Assembly (NCBI GenBank): GCA_002256025.1
Contig: NKIB01013073.1
Location: forward strand, 44,600 to 64,599
DNA from: Asterionella formosa
Taxonomy: Eukaryota
Direction of reading: 5' to 3'
DNA length: 20,000 nt
In this document: positions 19,469 through 20,000 of the stretch, piece by piece
Layout of the letters: each line of letters opens with the position of its first letter
Position numbering within the stretch: position 1 is the stretch's first letter
The notes under the pieces: model-generated
What the model was told of the DNA's origin: nothing
Database searches by the model: none
The model's input: the letters and a program-made list of their open reading frames with translations, nothing else
Translations under genes and position numbers: made by a program

Positions 19469-20000
19469 TCCTCCTCGTTACCATGTTCAAGAAGTTCTAA
19501 AATTGTACCACTCAGCACGGGTCCAGATAACCTTGTAAAAATCTGCTCTTTGACATTCTTCGTCAAAATGTCTGCTGGATTGTTTTCTGATCTTAGAAAA
19601 ACAATATGCAACTCACCCTCATCTATCATGTTCTTGACATGATGAAACTTAATATCAATGTGTTTTTGTAGTGGACCTTGTTCCGTGATATTAAAATCCT
19701 CCTTGATCATATTTTTCATGTAGTCCACTGCATTCCTGGTACCACAAATAATTCCATCATCCACATAGTTTGCCAACAGCCCTTCAATTTGTCCATTGTT
19801 GTTACGGTAGATAAACAACATTGGGTCTATTTCGCTTTTCGTTATACCTTTCTTGCTGGTGACGCATTTCGCAAATGTCTTGGACCAGCATCTTGGAGCT
19901 TGTACAATTCCATACATAGCCTTAATTAATTTGCAGATATGTATATTCTGATCGATCCCTGTCAATCCTTCTGGGGGCTCAATATAAATGTCTTCGTCGA
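19270..20000 (-). pseudogene. Copia pol fragment (RT fused in frame to the RNase H C-terminus by internal deletion)
   Basis: The frame is open from the window edge to TGA at 19270. The end of RT and most of RNase H are missing at the KH junction (19660-19665). Confidence 0.85.

Larger units (their letters stand above)
19090..20000 (-). mobile_element. Second Ty1/copia LTR retrotransposon (3' portion; continues beyond the window)
   Basis: Minus-strand RT motifs IYIEPPEG, KLIKAMYGIVQAPRCW, S.IDPMLF and YVDD, then RNase H C-terminus KHIDIKFHHV..SENNPADILTKN. PPT AACGAGGAGGA (19479-19469) is followed by TGTCAA. Confidence 0.92.

Noticed and set aside
1..20000. CRISPR array, rRNA, prokaryotic operon or defence system
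   Set aside because: No regularly spaced direct repeats or rRNA signatures; introns and gene content are eukaryotic, and the genes do not form an evident pathway cluster.

Overview
Eukaryotic nuclear DNA, most likely from a diatom (inferred from CoDi-like Ty1/copia elements, short GT-AG introns, a bipartite signal-peptide+Phe plastid presequence and a diatom-type small protein). The left 6.3 kb is decayed, CpG-poor DNA: a degenerate copia retrotransposon lacking its RT core (1-3646), a GRDP/DUF1399-like pseudogene, a Stowaway/mariner-like terminus and an unidentified relic. Six intact genes follow: WDR46/Utp7, a probably plastid-targeted phosphoglucomutase/phosphomannomutase, a cationic amino acid transporter, a flavin reductase-like protein, a small RVxF-motif protein and a type II membrane fucosyltransferase-like protein. 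A second copia element on the minus strand has an in-frame RT/RNase H deletion and a 3' LTR (19090-20000). The most unusual signal is a family of short TA-[palindromic filler]-TA words (TACCGGTA, TAGCTA, TACTAGTA, TAGTACTA). They are concentrated in non-coding DNA and behave as frame-breaking micro-insertions in the dead ORFs, which suggests pervasive excision footprints or a related mutational process. All calls were made by eye; no database searches were run.
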